A stretch of DNA of 64,000 nt from Parcubacteria bacterium C7867-004. GTDB lineage: Bacteria > Patescibacteriota > Minisyncoccia > Phycocordibacterales > Phycocordibacteraceae. Positions within the stretch are counted from its first letter, which is position 1; the number at the start of each line of letters is the position of its first letter. Shown one piece after another: positions 38,655 through 47,008 of the stretch. The translations under genes and the position numbers were made by a program. The stretch spans positions 524,866-588,865 of the forward strand of contig LFCN01000006.1 in assembly GCA_001189075.1 (NCBI GenBank), read 5' to 3'. Under the pieces are notes generated by a model. That model made no database searches, was not told the origin of the DNA, and saw nothing but the letters and a program-made list of their open reading frames with translations.

Positions 38655-41600
38655 CTACGCAATGATACGAACCGTTCCAGTGTCCGCATCCACTTCAACC
38701 ATATCGCCATCTTTCAGCACCTGCGTCGCATTTTTGGTCCCGACGATGCACGGCACCTTGAGCTCACGCGACGCGATCGCCGCATGACACGTCATGCCTC
38801 CCTCGTCGGTTACCACCGCACCTGCTATTTTCATGATCGCCACGTAGTCAGGGTTGGTCATTTCCGTTACGAGTATCTCTCCTTTTTGGAAGGCGTTCAT
38901 ATCCGCGAAGGTGGAGACTTTCCGCACTATTCCGCTCGCCTTCCCTTTGTACGCAGTGGCGCCTTGTGTCTCCGTTACCGATTCTGAAGCGAGTTCCTCG
39001 AACACAAGCCCATGACGAGCGAGCTCGCTTTCCAGATCACGAAGCGGATAGACGTTCTCGTCGATCATCACGCAGCCCTCCGCGCGGTCCTTGATACGAG
39101 CAAGGATCGATTCATCACCAGCGCGAGCGAGCGCGACCGCTTCGTCCGGCGTTACGTAGGGCGCAAGTTCGGCAAGATCGGGAAAACGCTGCTTCCAGAA
39201 GCCGGTCATGAGCTTGCTCATCTGTTCGGTATATTTCTCTGATACCGCGCGATACGAGAGGATGAGATCCTTTGCCTCTTGGGGAGCATCGGGGTCATCA
39301 GGAATCTCGAATGCGGCGCTCATGCCTGACCACCAGCGAACGAGGTGCTCGTAGTAGTCCTCGAGGTCCTCCCCGGACTCTATAGTTTTCTCTTCGGAAA
39401 GGTACGGCATGAGAGCGGGCCAATGCATATCAAGACGCTCCTTGAGCCGTACCATGAGGGTTGGGTCCTCGGCGAGCGTCCGCTTGCGAATCGCCGACAA
39501 TTCTTCCCAGTCTTTTGCGTCATACCAGACCGCTCCCTTGCCGTGACCGGCAGGAACGACGAACACGGCATGCGCCAGCTCATGTGCGTAAAAATCCTTG
39601 AACCCGAGACGATCGCTGTCATTCCAGAGCTGGAAATAGAAGAGTGGCTTCTCGCGTGAGAATACCTTTGAAAGTACGACTTCTTGTTCGGTAAAGCTCT
39701 TGAGGATACGGACGATTCCTGCATCTGCGTCTACCTCGACCAGGTCGCCGTCCTTAAACACCTGCGTACCGATCTTGGTGCCGATGATGCACGGCTTTTT
39801 CATCTCTCGTGACACAATAGCGGCGTGGGAGGTTATACCGCCGAGGTCCGTTACGAATGCCGCTGCCTTGCCCATAGCGGGGATGAAGTCAGGGGTTGTT
39901 TCGGGAGCAAAGAGAATCATTCCCTGCTCTACCTTCTTCGCATCCTGTGGCGTGAGAACCACAACAGCAATTCCTTGTGCCTTGCCGCGATTGGCCGAGC
40001 TGCCCGTGACTTCTGTTACCCCCTCATGCTGTTCTTCGGATAGAAAGACTTGTAAGCACGCATCAAGTTTCTCGCCGGAGAGAATAGTGAGATTGTCGTT
40101 CTCATCTTTGTAGATACCGACCTTCTTCACTCGCTCCTTGAGGTCTGATGCAGGTATGCTTCCGGTTGTCGCCAACTCCCGTATCTCGCTGAAGGAAAGG
40201 AAGATGACCTCTTCGTAGCTGAGACCGACACCTTGCGCTAGACGCGTAAGAAACGATCGCCACGCATATGCTAGCCGTGCGCAGCTCTGCGCGCACTCAA
40301 GTCTGACTTGTGCGCCCCGGCCAGCAGCAGCCAGAACATGCGAAAGTTCTGGGTATGGATCAGAGGCTGTAGCTTCGTGTGATGGTTCGGCCTTTGAAAG
40401 CGCTTCCATAAACGCGGGCATGGAACGGGAGTCACCCCAGAAGTGATGCGTACCGAGGTATTCAGTATTCTGCTGATATTCGGCGAGACGACTCGCTAGC
40501 CCAGCGTCCTGCTGCTGTATTGCATCCATGTCGAACGGAAGCTTCTTCTCTTCAAGCTCTTTCCTGAAGTCGGTTAAAGCATCTTGATCGCGGGTTACGG
40601 AGCTTGGGAATTGCGGCAGGGCTGCGCCAATATCATCAGCTGCAAGATTGTGAGCCTTCGCATACTCTCCGATCATTCCGTCTGCGGCGGCGCCTATAGA
40701 GAAGCAGGACCACCACGGGAATCGGAGACGGCGCATCAGATTGTAGTCTTTCTCAAACTGCTCGATACTGTCATGCGAGCCAGCCTCTCCCGCACGATGC
40801 ACGCACTCTTCTGAAAGTTCGTTTGCGATAGCAAGTATGGAATCGGCGTACGTAGTACTTCCCGCTTCGAATTCGCTGCGGACCTTGTCCGTGATACGTG
40901 CATACGCGCCATCGGTACGAACAAAGTAGTGCCCATCGAAACTTAAGACTCCGGGATTGGGATCAGACGTAACGCCGAGCACTGCGGCTTCTGGGCTACG
41001 GCTCCAGTCAAGCCACAGCTCCATCTCAATGGTTGGCGCCACCCATCTTCCGAACTTGGTATAGAGGGAAGGGTCAGGAAACCTGTCGGTGTGAATTTCA
41101 GTCGGTGCAGCGGAATTAAAATCCTCCGAGAGCGTGGTTATTGGTCTGCTCTGCGTTATGTAAATATCGCTCCCCTCCATCGCCCACTCGATATCGCAGG
41201 GGAATCCGTAATGCTTCTCGATACCGATGACGGTTTCCGAGAGTGCGAGAATCTGCTCGTCTGAGAGCACTTGATCAGTACCTTTTGGCGTATCGCGCCA
41301 TTCGTTGCCTCCGCCTTCCTTGCGGAAGAGTCCGCGCTCTTGGTCCGCGAGATTCTTATCGATGATCTCGCGCGGCTCTTTGGTTATAACGTATGAGTCC
41401 GGCGTGATCTGCCCCGACACCACCGCCTCGCCGAGTCCGAACCCTGCCTCGATGATGAGCTGATTGCGATCTTCGGTTACCGGATGCACCGAGAACGCGA
41501 TGCCGGCCGCGTCGCTGTTCACCATCTTCTGCACGACAACGGCTACCGATATCTTCTGCGTATCGAGTCCCTTCTCGAATCGATAGAAGATAGCGCGCGG

Positions 41601-42080
41601 AGTGAAGAGCGATGCCCAGCACTCCTGCACTTTCTCAAGCACGGTGGCTTCGGTGGTGTTGAGGTACGTATCGAGCTGTCCGGCCCATGCGGCGGTCGCT
41701 CCGTCCTCTGCAGTCGCTGATGAGCGCACCGCGACGAATTCGGTATCGAGTTTCTTGAATGCCGCCATGACCTCGATCTTGATGTCTTCCGGCATGGCAG
41801 CCTGAAGAATGAGTCCTTGGATCATCTCCGACGCGTGCTCCACTGTATGCATCTCCTCGTGCGATACCGTTGCAAGGATCGCATCTATCTCAACATTCAA
41901 GTGCGTCTCCTCGATGAACCGCTCGAAGGTGTCGGCGAGAATGACATACCCGGGAGGGACTGGGATGCCCGCCTGTGTCATCTCTCCTAGGGACGCGCCT
42001 TTCCCACCGGCTATCGGCGCATCGTTCCTCCCTATCCGCCCGAACTCGCGGATGAGCTCCATATGCCTGCACGATAGCAT
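38655..42080 (-). CDS. multidomain PEP synthase/pyruvate phosphate dikinase-like protein (1141 aa): N-terminal ATP-grasp nucleotide-binding domain + swivel His domain + helical domain + second swivel His domain
   Basis: N-terminus GRIGRNDAPIAGGKGASLGEM matches the PPDK/PpsA nucleotide-binding domain. Internal swivel GGITSHAAIVSREMKKPCIIGTKIGTQVFKDGDLVEVDADAGIV and C-terminal swivel GGMTCHAAIASRELKVPCIVGTKNATQVLKDGDMVEVDADTGTV. No PEP/pyruvate-binding TIM-barrel domain seen. Confidence 0.8.
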   Translation of the reverse strand: MLSCRHMELIREFGRIGRNDAPIAGGKGASLGEMTQAGIPVPPGYVILADTFERFIEETHLNVEIDAILATVSHEEMHTVEHASEMIQGLILQAAMPEDIKIEVMAAFKKLDTEFVAVRSSATAEDGATAAWAGQLDTYLNTTEATVLEKVQECWASLFTPRAIFYRFEKGLDTQKISVAVVVQKMVNSDAAGIAFSVHPVTEDRNQLIIEAGFGLGEAVVSGQITPDSYVITKEPREIIDKNLADQERGLFRKEGGGNEWRDTPKGTDQVLSDEQILALSETVIGIEKHYGFPCDIEWAMEGSDIYITQSRPITTLSEDFNSAAPTEIHTDRFPDPSLYTKFGRWVAPTIEMELWLDWSRSPEAAVLGVTSDPNPGVLSFDGHYFVRTDGAYARITDKVRSEFEAGSTTYADSILAIANELSEECVHRAGEAGSHDSIEQFEKDYNLMRRLRFPWWSCFSIGAAADGMIGEYAKAHNLAADDIGAALPQFPSSVTRDQDALTDFRKELEEKKLPFDMDAIQQQDAGLASRLAEYQQNTEYLGTHHFWGDSRSMPAFMEALSKAEPSHEATASDPYPELSHVLAAAGRGAQVRLECAQSCARLAYAWRSFLTRLAQGVGLSYEEVIFLSFSEIRELATTGSIPASDLKERVKKVGIYKDENDNLTILSGEKLDACLQVFLSEEQHEGVTEVTGSSANRGKAQGIAVVVLTPQDAKKVEQGMILFAPETTPDFIPAMGKAAAFVTDLGGITSHAAIVSREMKKPCIIGTKIGTQVFKDGDLVEVDADAGIVRILKSFTEQEVVLSKVFSREKPLFYFQLWNDSDRLGFKDFYAHELAHAVFVVPAGHGKGAVWYDAKDWEELSAIRKRTLAEDPTLMVRLKERLDMHWPALMPYLSEEKTIESGEDLEDYYEHLVRWWSGMSAAFEIPDDPDAPQEAKDLILSYRAVSEKYTEQMSKLMTGFWKQRFPDLAELAPYVTPDEAVALARAGDESILARIKDRAEGCVMIDENVYPLRDLESELARHGLVFEELASESVTETQGATAYKGKASGIVRKVSTFADMNAFQKGEILVTEMTNPDYVAIMKIAGAVVTDEGGMTCHAAIASRELKVPCIVGTKNATQVLKDGDMVEVDADTGTVRIIA

Positions 42081-42205
42081 GATTCCTTCATGTTTCTAGG
42101 CTGTTTTACATGATTTGACAAAGTAATATAAAAGATTCATACTATACTTTAGATAGCGCGTGGATCCTCCCGCTCTATTTCCCCACAGAAACAGAAAGGG
42201 TCGCT

Positions 42206-42985
42206 GTGCGCGCTCAACAAGCTCTTCACAATCTGCTTTCCACCACCGCAGCGTTCGCTCTTCTCGCCTTCGCAGCTCCGGCGATCGCAAAAGAAGGGTG
42301 CTCCAACACCAGCTACGGCGGCGCATACAACCAGTACGACTACCAGGACATCGGGCGCATCGGCAGCAAGAACGCCGTCACCCAGAACGGCCACACCGAT
42401 CTGTGCGGCCCCTGGAAGTTCGACGGCTGGTTCTCGGCTGGCAAGCGCGACGAGTTCCGCGGTGCGAACGAGGTCGACCTTACCGTCGCCTACACGCACT
42501 CGGTCAAGGAGTCGCCGATCGGACCGATCGTCATCGAAGGAACGGCTTCGGTCTACTTCTTCGAGTTCAACAGCTTCAAATCGCTCAAGGACGACGCCTA
42601 CGATCTGCACGTCGATGCTTCCCGACCCATCAAGGTCGGCAGCGCGACGGTCAGTCCGTTCCTGCGCTACACGCGCATCGGGTTCCTGAACGGCAATCGC
42701 AGCCTCAACCTCATCCGTCCGGGTGTCCGTGTGAACGGCCCCCTGTCTGACACGGTGTCCTACGCCGTCGACGCCTCAGTGTCGATGAACCGCACCTATC
42801 GCGAAGACATTGCCCGGGCTCAGGGCGACCTGATTTGGGATGTCGGCCAGAAGGACCACTGGAAGCTCGGCGCCCGCGCCAAACTCACCGAGGTCACCCG
42901 GGTCAAGATCACCCGTGTCGAGGGTGTGGTGTTCGAGCAAAAGCCTCGGCTCATGTTCGGCCTGACCTGGAGCTATAGCCACTAG
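42206..42985 (+). CDS. secreted beta-rich hypothetical protein (possible small outer-membrane beta-barrel, MipA/OmpV-like in size)
   Basis: Signal peptide LLSTTAAFALLAFAAPAIA; alternating hydrophobic pattern throughout; aromatic-rich C-terminus (MFGLTWSYSH); AT-rich promoter region upstream. Confidence 0.45.
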   Translation: MRAQQALHNLLSTTAAFALLAFAAPAIAKEGCSNTSYGGAYNQYDYQDIGRIGSKNAVTQNGHTDLCGPWKFDGWFSAGKRDEFRGANEVDLTVAYTHSVKESPIGPIVIEGTASVYFFEFNSFKSLKDDAYDLHVDASRPIKVGSATVSPFLRYTRIGFLNGNRSLNLIRPGVRVNGPLSDTVSYAVDASVSMNRTYREDIARAQGDLIWDVGQKDHWKLGARAKLTEVTRVKITRVEGVVFEQKPRLMFGLTWSYSH

Positions 42986-42999
42986 ACCGCCGGCCGCTG

Positions 43000-43045
43000 A
43001 AAGCAGAACGGACCCCACGCGCTTGCGCCTGGGGTCTTTTCTTAT
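43000..43045. terminator. GC-rich hairpin (GACCCCA...TGGGGTC) followed by TTTTCTTATTT; probable bidirectional terminator between convergent genes
   Basis: Inverted repeat and T-run read directly. Confidence 0.5.
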
Positions 43046-43056
43046 TTCATACTTCC

Positions 43057-44067
43057 CTACTTCTTCGAGATGATGCTCTTCTTGTAGGTGTCGAGATGCT
43101 TGAGCGCGATGCCGGTTCCGCGCGCGACGCAGAAGTACGCGTCATCAGCGAGCGTTGCGGTTACGCCGGTGCGGCGATACACGAGCTCGGGGAGATTGCG
43201 GAGCTGTGACGTTCCTCCGGTAAGAATGATGCCGTTGTCGATGATGTCGCTTGCGAGCTCGGGCGGCGTATCCTGCAGCACCTTGCGCACCGCGTTCATC
43301 ATCTCGCGCAGCTCGCGGTTGAGCGCCTGCACCACTTCGTTCGTGCGCAACTCGATAGTGCGCGGAAGACCCGAGACCAGGTCCTGTCCCTTAACGAGCA
43401 TCATGAGCTCTTCGGTAACCGGTACGGCAGAACCGATCGTTATCTTGATCTCTTCTGCGGTCTTGTCTCCTATTGAAAGGTTGTACTGCTTCTTCAGGTA
43501 ATCGATAATCGAGCGGTCAAGCTTGTTGCCTGCGACCTTCACCGAAGTAGAGGCGACGATGCCGCCGAGCGAGATCACCGCGACGTCTATCGTTCCTCCG
43601 CCGATGTCAGCGACCATGCGTCCGAGCGCTTCTTGGATAGGAATGCCTGCGCCGATGGCCGCGAGTATCGGCTCCTTCACCACGTACGCATCCGACGCTC
43701 CCGCTTTCACCGCCGCTTCGATAACCGCGCGCTTCTCAGTCGAAGTGACGCCGGCAGGTACCGAGACGAGCACGACCGGCTTGAAGATATTGCGACCGAG
43801 CGCTTTGCGTATGAAATAGCGGAGCATCGCTTCGGTGACGCGGTAGTCGGCGATGACGCCGTCCTTCATGGGGCGGTATGCCTGGATACCGTCCGGCGTG
43901 CGGCCCACCATCGCTTTGGCTTCCGTACCTATCGCGAGCACCTTGTTCGTCTCGGTGGAGACCGCGACAACCGACGGCTCGTTCAGCACCACTCCCTTCC
44001 CGGGCACGAACACGAGCACGTTGGTTGTACCCAGGTCGATGCCGATGCGTGGAGAGAAGAATGACAT
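43057..44067 (-). CDS. mreB: second MreB-family actin homologue (MreB/Mbl paralogue), standalone
   Basis: IGIDLGTTNVLVFVPGKGVVLNEPSVV, DIGGGTIDVAVI, ILTGGTSQLRNL motifs; start trimmed to ATG 44065-44067 (MSFFSPRIGIDLG). Confidence 0.85.
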   Translation of the reverse strand: MSFFSPRIGIDLGTTNVLVFVPGKGVVLNEPSVVAVSTETNKVLAIGTEAKAMVGRTPDGIQAYRPMKDGVIADYRVTEAMLRYFIRKALGRNIFKPVVLVSVPAGVTSTEKRAVIEAAVKAGASDAYVVKEPILAAIGAGIPIQEALGRMVADIGGGTIDVAVISLGGIVASTSVKVAGNKLDRSIIDYLKKQYNLSIGDKTAEEIKITIGSAVPVTEELMMLVKGQDLVSGLPRTIELRTNEVVQALNRELREMMNAVRKVLQDTPPELASDIIDNGIILTGGTSQLRNLPELVYRRTGVTATLADDAYFCVARGTGIALKHLDTYKKSIISKK

Positions 44068-44174
44068 GTGTCGCCGTATCATACCGCGTGCGGTCCCTTG
44101 CGTGCAAAACACGCTTCCTAAGGGGCGCTATGCACGGTATCCATAGAAGGTACGGGGGTATAGAATACCCACAC

Positions 44175-45485
44175 ATGCCAAAGCCTGATGAAATCAATTT
44201 CAAGGTAGAGGGCGGACATCCCTTGTCCGGAACCGTTGTTACCAGCCGCTCCAAGAACGGCGCGGTTGCCCTTCTTGCTGCCTCTCTCCTTAACAAAGGT
44301 ACGACCACTCTCAAGCGCGTCCCGAAGATCGAAGAGGTCCACCGCCTCATCGAAGTACTGCGCTCCATCGGTGTGTCCGTCGAGTGGAACGACCGCGATG
44401 TCATCATCATCCCGCCCGAGACTATCTCGCTCGAGACTATCGACCGCGAGGCTGCAGTGCGCACCCGCAGCATTCTCATGTTCATCGGTCCCCTGCTCCA
44501 TCATTTCCCCTCCTTCGATATTCCGCAGTCCGGCGGTTGCGACTTCGGCCGCCGCTCAGTTCGTCCGCACCTCTGGGCACTCGAGCGATTCGGCGTCGCG
44601 ATTGACACGCAGACCGATAAGTTCCAGATCTCGCATGACGGACTCGCGCCTGCGGAAGTTGTGCTCTATGAGTCGAGCGATACCGCAACCATCAATTCCC
44701 TCTTCGCGGCCGCAGGAATCGAAGGCACGAGTGTGATCAAGTACGCCTCCGCCAACTACCAGGTGCAGGAAGTCTGCGGCTATCTGCAGGCGCTGGGCAT
44801 AGATATCAAGGGACTCGGTACGACAACACTCACCGTTACCGGAAACACCGATATTCGAACCGACATCTCCTACGCGGTAGCAGAAGACCCGACTGACGCC
44901 ATGTTCTTCATAGCGCTGGCTGCGACCACCAACTCCTCACTCACGATACGCAACGTCCCTATCGAGTTCCTCGAGGTTGAGCTCGCGGTACTTGAGAAGA
45001 TGGGCCTTACGTTCAACGTCTCGGACTCAGGCGTCTCTGAGAATGGCATCACGAAGCTTGCCGATGTAAGTATCGAACCCTCCACACTTACCGCCTTCCC
45101 CGAGCGCATCCATCCGCGCCCGTACCCAGGTCTCAATATCGATAACCTGCCCTTCTTCGCGGTTATCGCTACCCAAGCTGAAGGCGACACGCTCATTCAT
45201 GATTGGGTCTACGAGAAGCGCGCCATCTATTACACTGAGCTCGATCGTCTCGGCGCCGAAACACTCCTCCTTGATCCGCATCGCATCCAGATAAGCGGTC
45301 CAAAGAAGCTCCGTGGCGCCGATATCATCGCTCCTCCGGCACTCCGCCCGGCGACCATCCTCCTCATTGCCATGCTCGCTGCACGCGGGAAGTCCATGCT
45401 GCGCAATGTCTACATCGTGAACCGCGGCTACGAAGACCTCGCAACCCGCCTCCAAGCAATCGGGGCAAAGGTCGAGCAGGTCTAG
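44175..45485 (+). CDS. murA: UDP-N-acetylglucosamine 1-carboxyvinyltransferase
   Basis: INFKVEGGHPLSGTVVTSRSKNGAVALLAASLL (EPSP-synthase-fold N-terminus typical of MurA) and full-length MurA architecture; start at ATG 44175 within ORF 43878..45485. Confidence 0.9.
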   Translation: MPKPDEINFKVEGGHPLSGTVVTSRSKNGAVALLAASLLNKGTTTLKRVPKIEEVHRLIEVLRSIGVSVEWNDRDVIIIPPETISLETIDREAAVRTRSILMFIGPLLHHFPSFDIPQSGGCDFGRRSVRPHLWALERFGVAIDTQTDKFQISHDGLAPAEVVLYESSDTATINSLFAAAGIEGTSVIKYASANYQVQEVCGYLQALGIDIKGLGTTTLTVTGNTDIRTDISYAVAEDPTDAMFFIALAATTNSSLTIRNVPIEFLEVELAVLEKMGLTFNVSDSGVSENGITKLADVSIEPSTLTAFPERIHPRPYPGLNIDNLPFFAVIATQAEGDTLIHDWVYEKRAIYYTELDRLGAETLLLDPHRIQISGPKKLRGADIIAPPALRPATILLIAMLAARGKSMLRNVYIVNRGYEDLATRLQAIGAKVEQV

Positions 45486-45553
45486 AAGGTACGCGTTTGA
45501 GGCGGATTCCTTTCCGCCCCGCTCACCAAAGCTTTCTTTGCTACTATTAGCGT

Positions 45554-45844
45554 ATGAAGCGAATCGGCGACCTCATCCCTACGCCCGCTGCCGAAGAGCC
45601 CAAGTCCCGCAAGACGGAGCGTGGCGAGCTCATGCGCTTCTTTCAGCGCCATCTCAATCACGCCCGCAGTCAAGACGGGCTTCCTAAGCTCACCATGGGC
45701 CGCATCGGCAAGGAGCTCGAAGGCATCCCGACCGACGACCTCTATTACCTCAAGACCGTCTGTAGCCAGGCGAAGAACTTCAGCAAGAAGTTCTGGTGGG
45801 AGATCGATCCCAAGAAGCACGAGAAATCAGACCAGCCCTTTTAG
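45554..45844 (+). CDS. hypothetical small basic protein (96 aa)
   Basis: ORF track; no family recognised. Confidence 0.4.
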   Translation: MKRIGDLIPTPAAEEPKSRKTERGELMRFFQRHLNHARSQDGLPKLTMGRIGKELEGIPTDDLYYLKTVCSQAKNFSKKFWWEIDPKKHEKSDQPF

Positions 45845-45884
45845 GTCATTGACGATTATGCGTAATGCGACTATACAGATACCT

Positions 45885-46464
45885 ACGCGACTCGCTTCCG
45901 CCACCTGAGTCGCGCGCGCGGGACGGTGATCATCCCGGTCATGGGCTTAAGTGTCCCCTCCCACTTACCCCGCCCGTCCCGCGTTCTTTTCCTTTCGAGC
46001 ATCGGTACTCCCGGTGCTTTTCTTTTTGCATAGCGACTATTGACAGAAGATGAGGCTGGGATGAATATGCGAATGCCACGTCGACCGGAAGTTCTACAGG
46101 CCCCGGAAGATTGGCATGGGCGCGTTCGAGACCTGAACTCCCTCGATCGCGATAGAGCGTCTCGCGAACACACACTCGCGACATCGCTGGTTCAGGAGGG
46201 GGTCTCCTGAACCACGTGCCGCCAGCTCGACTCAGCTCCGATCCCTTGGCCGGGCTGCGTGGGCAAGGAGCCAATCGTGCTGGCGGCACCCCCGCTCTTT
46301 TCAATTCGAACTCCCGAGGAGGCTCTCCAGCACCCAACGCTCCTCGGCGGGCGTCACCTCTTAGTGAATACCATCAGACTTTCCCCGAGTCTGCCTGGTT
46401 CACCCAAAGAGGTGACGCCCACTCTCATCCGACCGGACCCTTGTGGCCCGGTCTTTTTCTTTTG
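45885..46464 (+). ncRNA. candidate structured non-coding RNA locus (class unknown): promoter 1 (45849-45877) -> about 110 nt hairpin RNA with two tandem terminators; promoter 2 (46040-46068) -> about 380 nt element with 10-12 bp perfect stems ending in a terminator at 46431-46464
   Basis: TTGACG-17-TATACA and TTGACA-17-GAATAT hexamers. Stems CGCGGGACGG/CCGTCCCGCG, AGCAUCGG/CCGGUGCU, GGTTCAGGAG/CTCCTGAACC, GTGCCGCCAGC/GCTGGCGGCAC, GGCGTCACCTCT/AGAGGTGACGCC. T-runs after three hairpins. No plausible ORF on either strand (only junk-like antisense ORFs). Confidence 0.3.
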
Positions 46465-46477
46465 CTATAGTTCTTGC

Positions 46478-47008
46478 ATGGTTTCAATTGTCCAAGACGG
46501 CGACCCGGTCCTCCGCAAGAAGGCGGTGGAGGTCGAGGAATCGCTATTCGCAAGCGATGAGCTGGCGCAGATACTGACTGACATGGAAGAAGCCCTTGAT
46601 CGGGAGCCTGACGGCGTCGCGCTGGCCGCTCCTCAGATAGGCATCCCGCTCCGGATATTCATCGCCCGCTACGACCGCCTCCTCCCAACTCCTCCTGAAG
46701 GCGAACCGGCTCCACTCAAAGAGACCGGTATATTCATCAACCCGACCTTCGTACGCTCGTCCCAGCGACGCATCGAGATGGACGAGGGCTGCCTTTCCGT
46801 CCGTAGCGTCTACGGAAAGACCAAGCGCCATGAGCGCGCTACCGTGCGTGCACGCGAATTCGATGGCACCCCGTTCGAGCGCGGTGGCGGTGGCATACTC
46901 GCACAGATCTTCCAGCACGAGATAGATCATCTCGACGGCATCCTCTTCATCGATCACGCCACCGACCTGGTTGAAGCGCAGCGGAACCCAGAACCCGAAG
47001 ATGCATAA
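46478..47008 (+). CDS. def: peptide deformylase
   Basis: GVALAAPQIGIPLRIFI, EGCLS, QHEIDHLDG motifs; start at ATG 46478 (MVSIVQDGD) inside ORF 46259..47008. Confidence 0.9.
   Translation: MVSIVQDGDPVLRKKAVEVEESLFASDELAQILTDMEEALDREPDGVALAAPQIGIPLRIFIARYDRLLPTPPEGEPAPLKETGIFINPTFVRSSQRRIEMDEGCLSVRSVYGKTKRHERATVRAREFDGTPFERGGGGILAQIFQHEIDHLDGILFIDHATDLVEAQRNPEPEDA

Larger units (their letters stand above)
34804..42080 (-). repeat. five dispersed copies (about 65-70% nt identity, roughly 150-250 bp each) of the swivel-domain coding segment within the four-gene operon
   Basis: DNA-level similarity, e.g. tccttgaacac..gtggcgaa..gccgatgatgcagggcttcttcatctc versus tccttaaacacctgcgtaccgatcttggtgccgatgatgcacggctttttcatctc, recurring near 34.85, 36.28, 37.30, 38.72 and 39.76 kb. 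Confidence 0.6.

Noticed and set aside
45849-46464. Tested the idea that the structured locus is RNase P RNA, tmRNA, SRP RNA or 6S RNA
   Set aside because: Could not find P4/CR-I (GGAAAGUCCGGGCUCC), the tmRNA tRNA-like end and tag ORF, or the SRP domain-IV motif by eye. Left as unknown-class ncRNA pending an Infernal scan.
45883-46470. ORFs 45883..46173(-), 45939..46337(-), 46216..46470(+) in the structured intergenic locus
   Set aside because: Translations are Pro/Arg/Gly-rich with no start context. The region is better explained by promoters, long perfect stems and terminators (non-coding).
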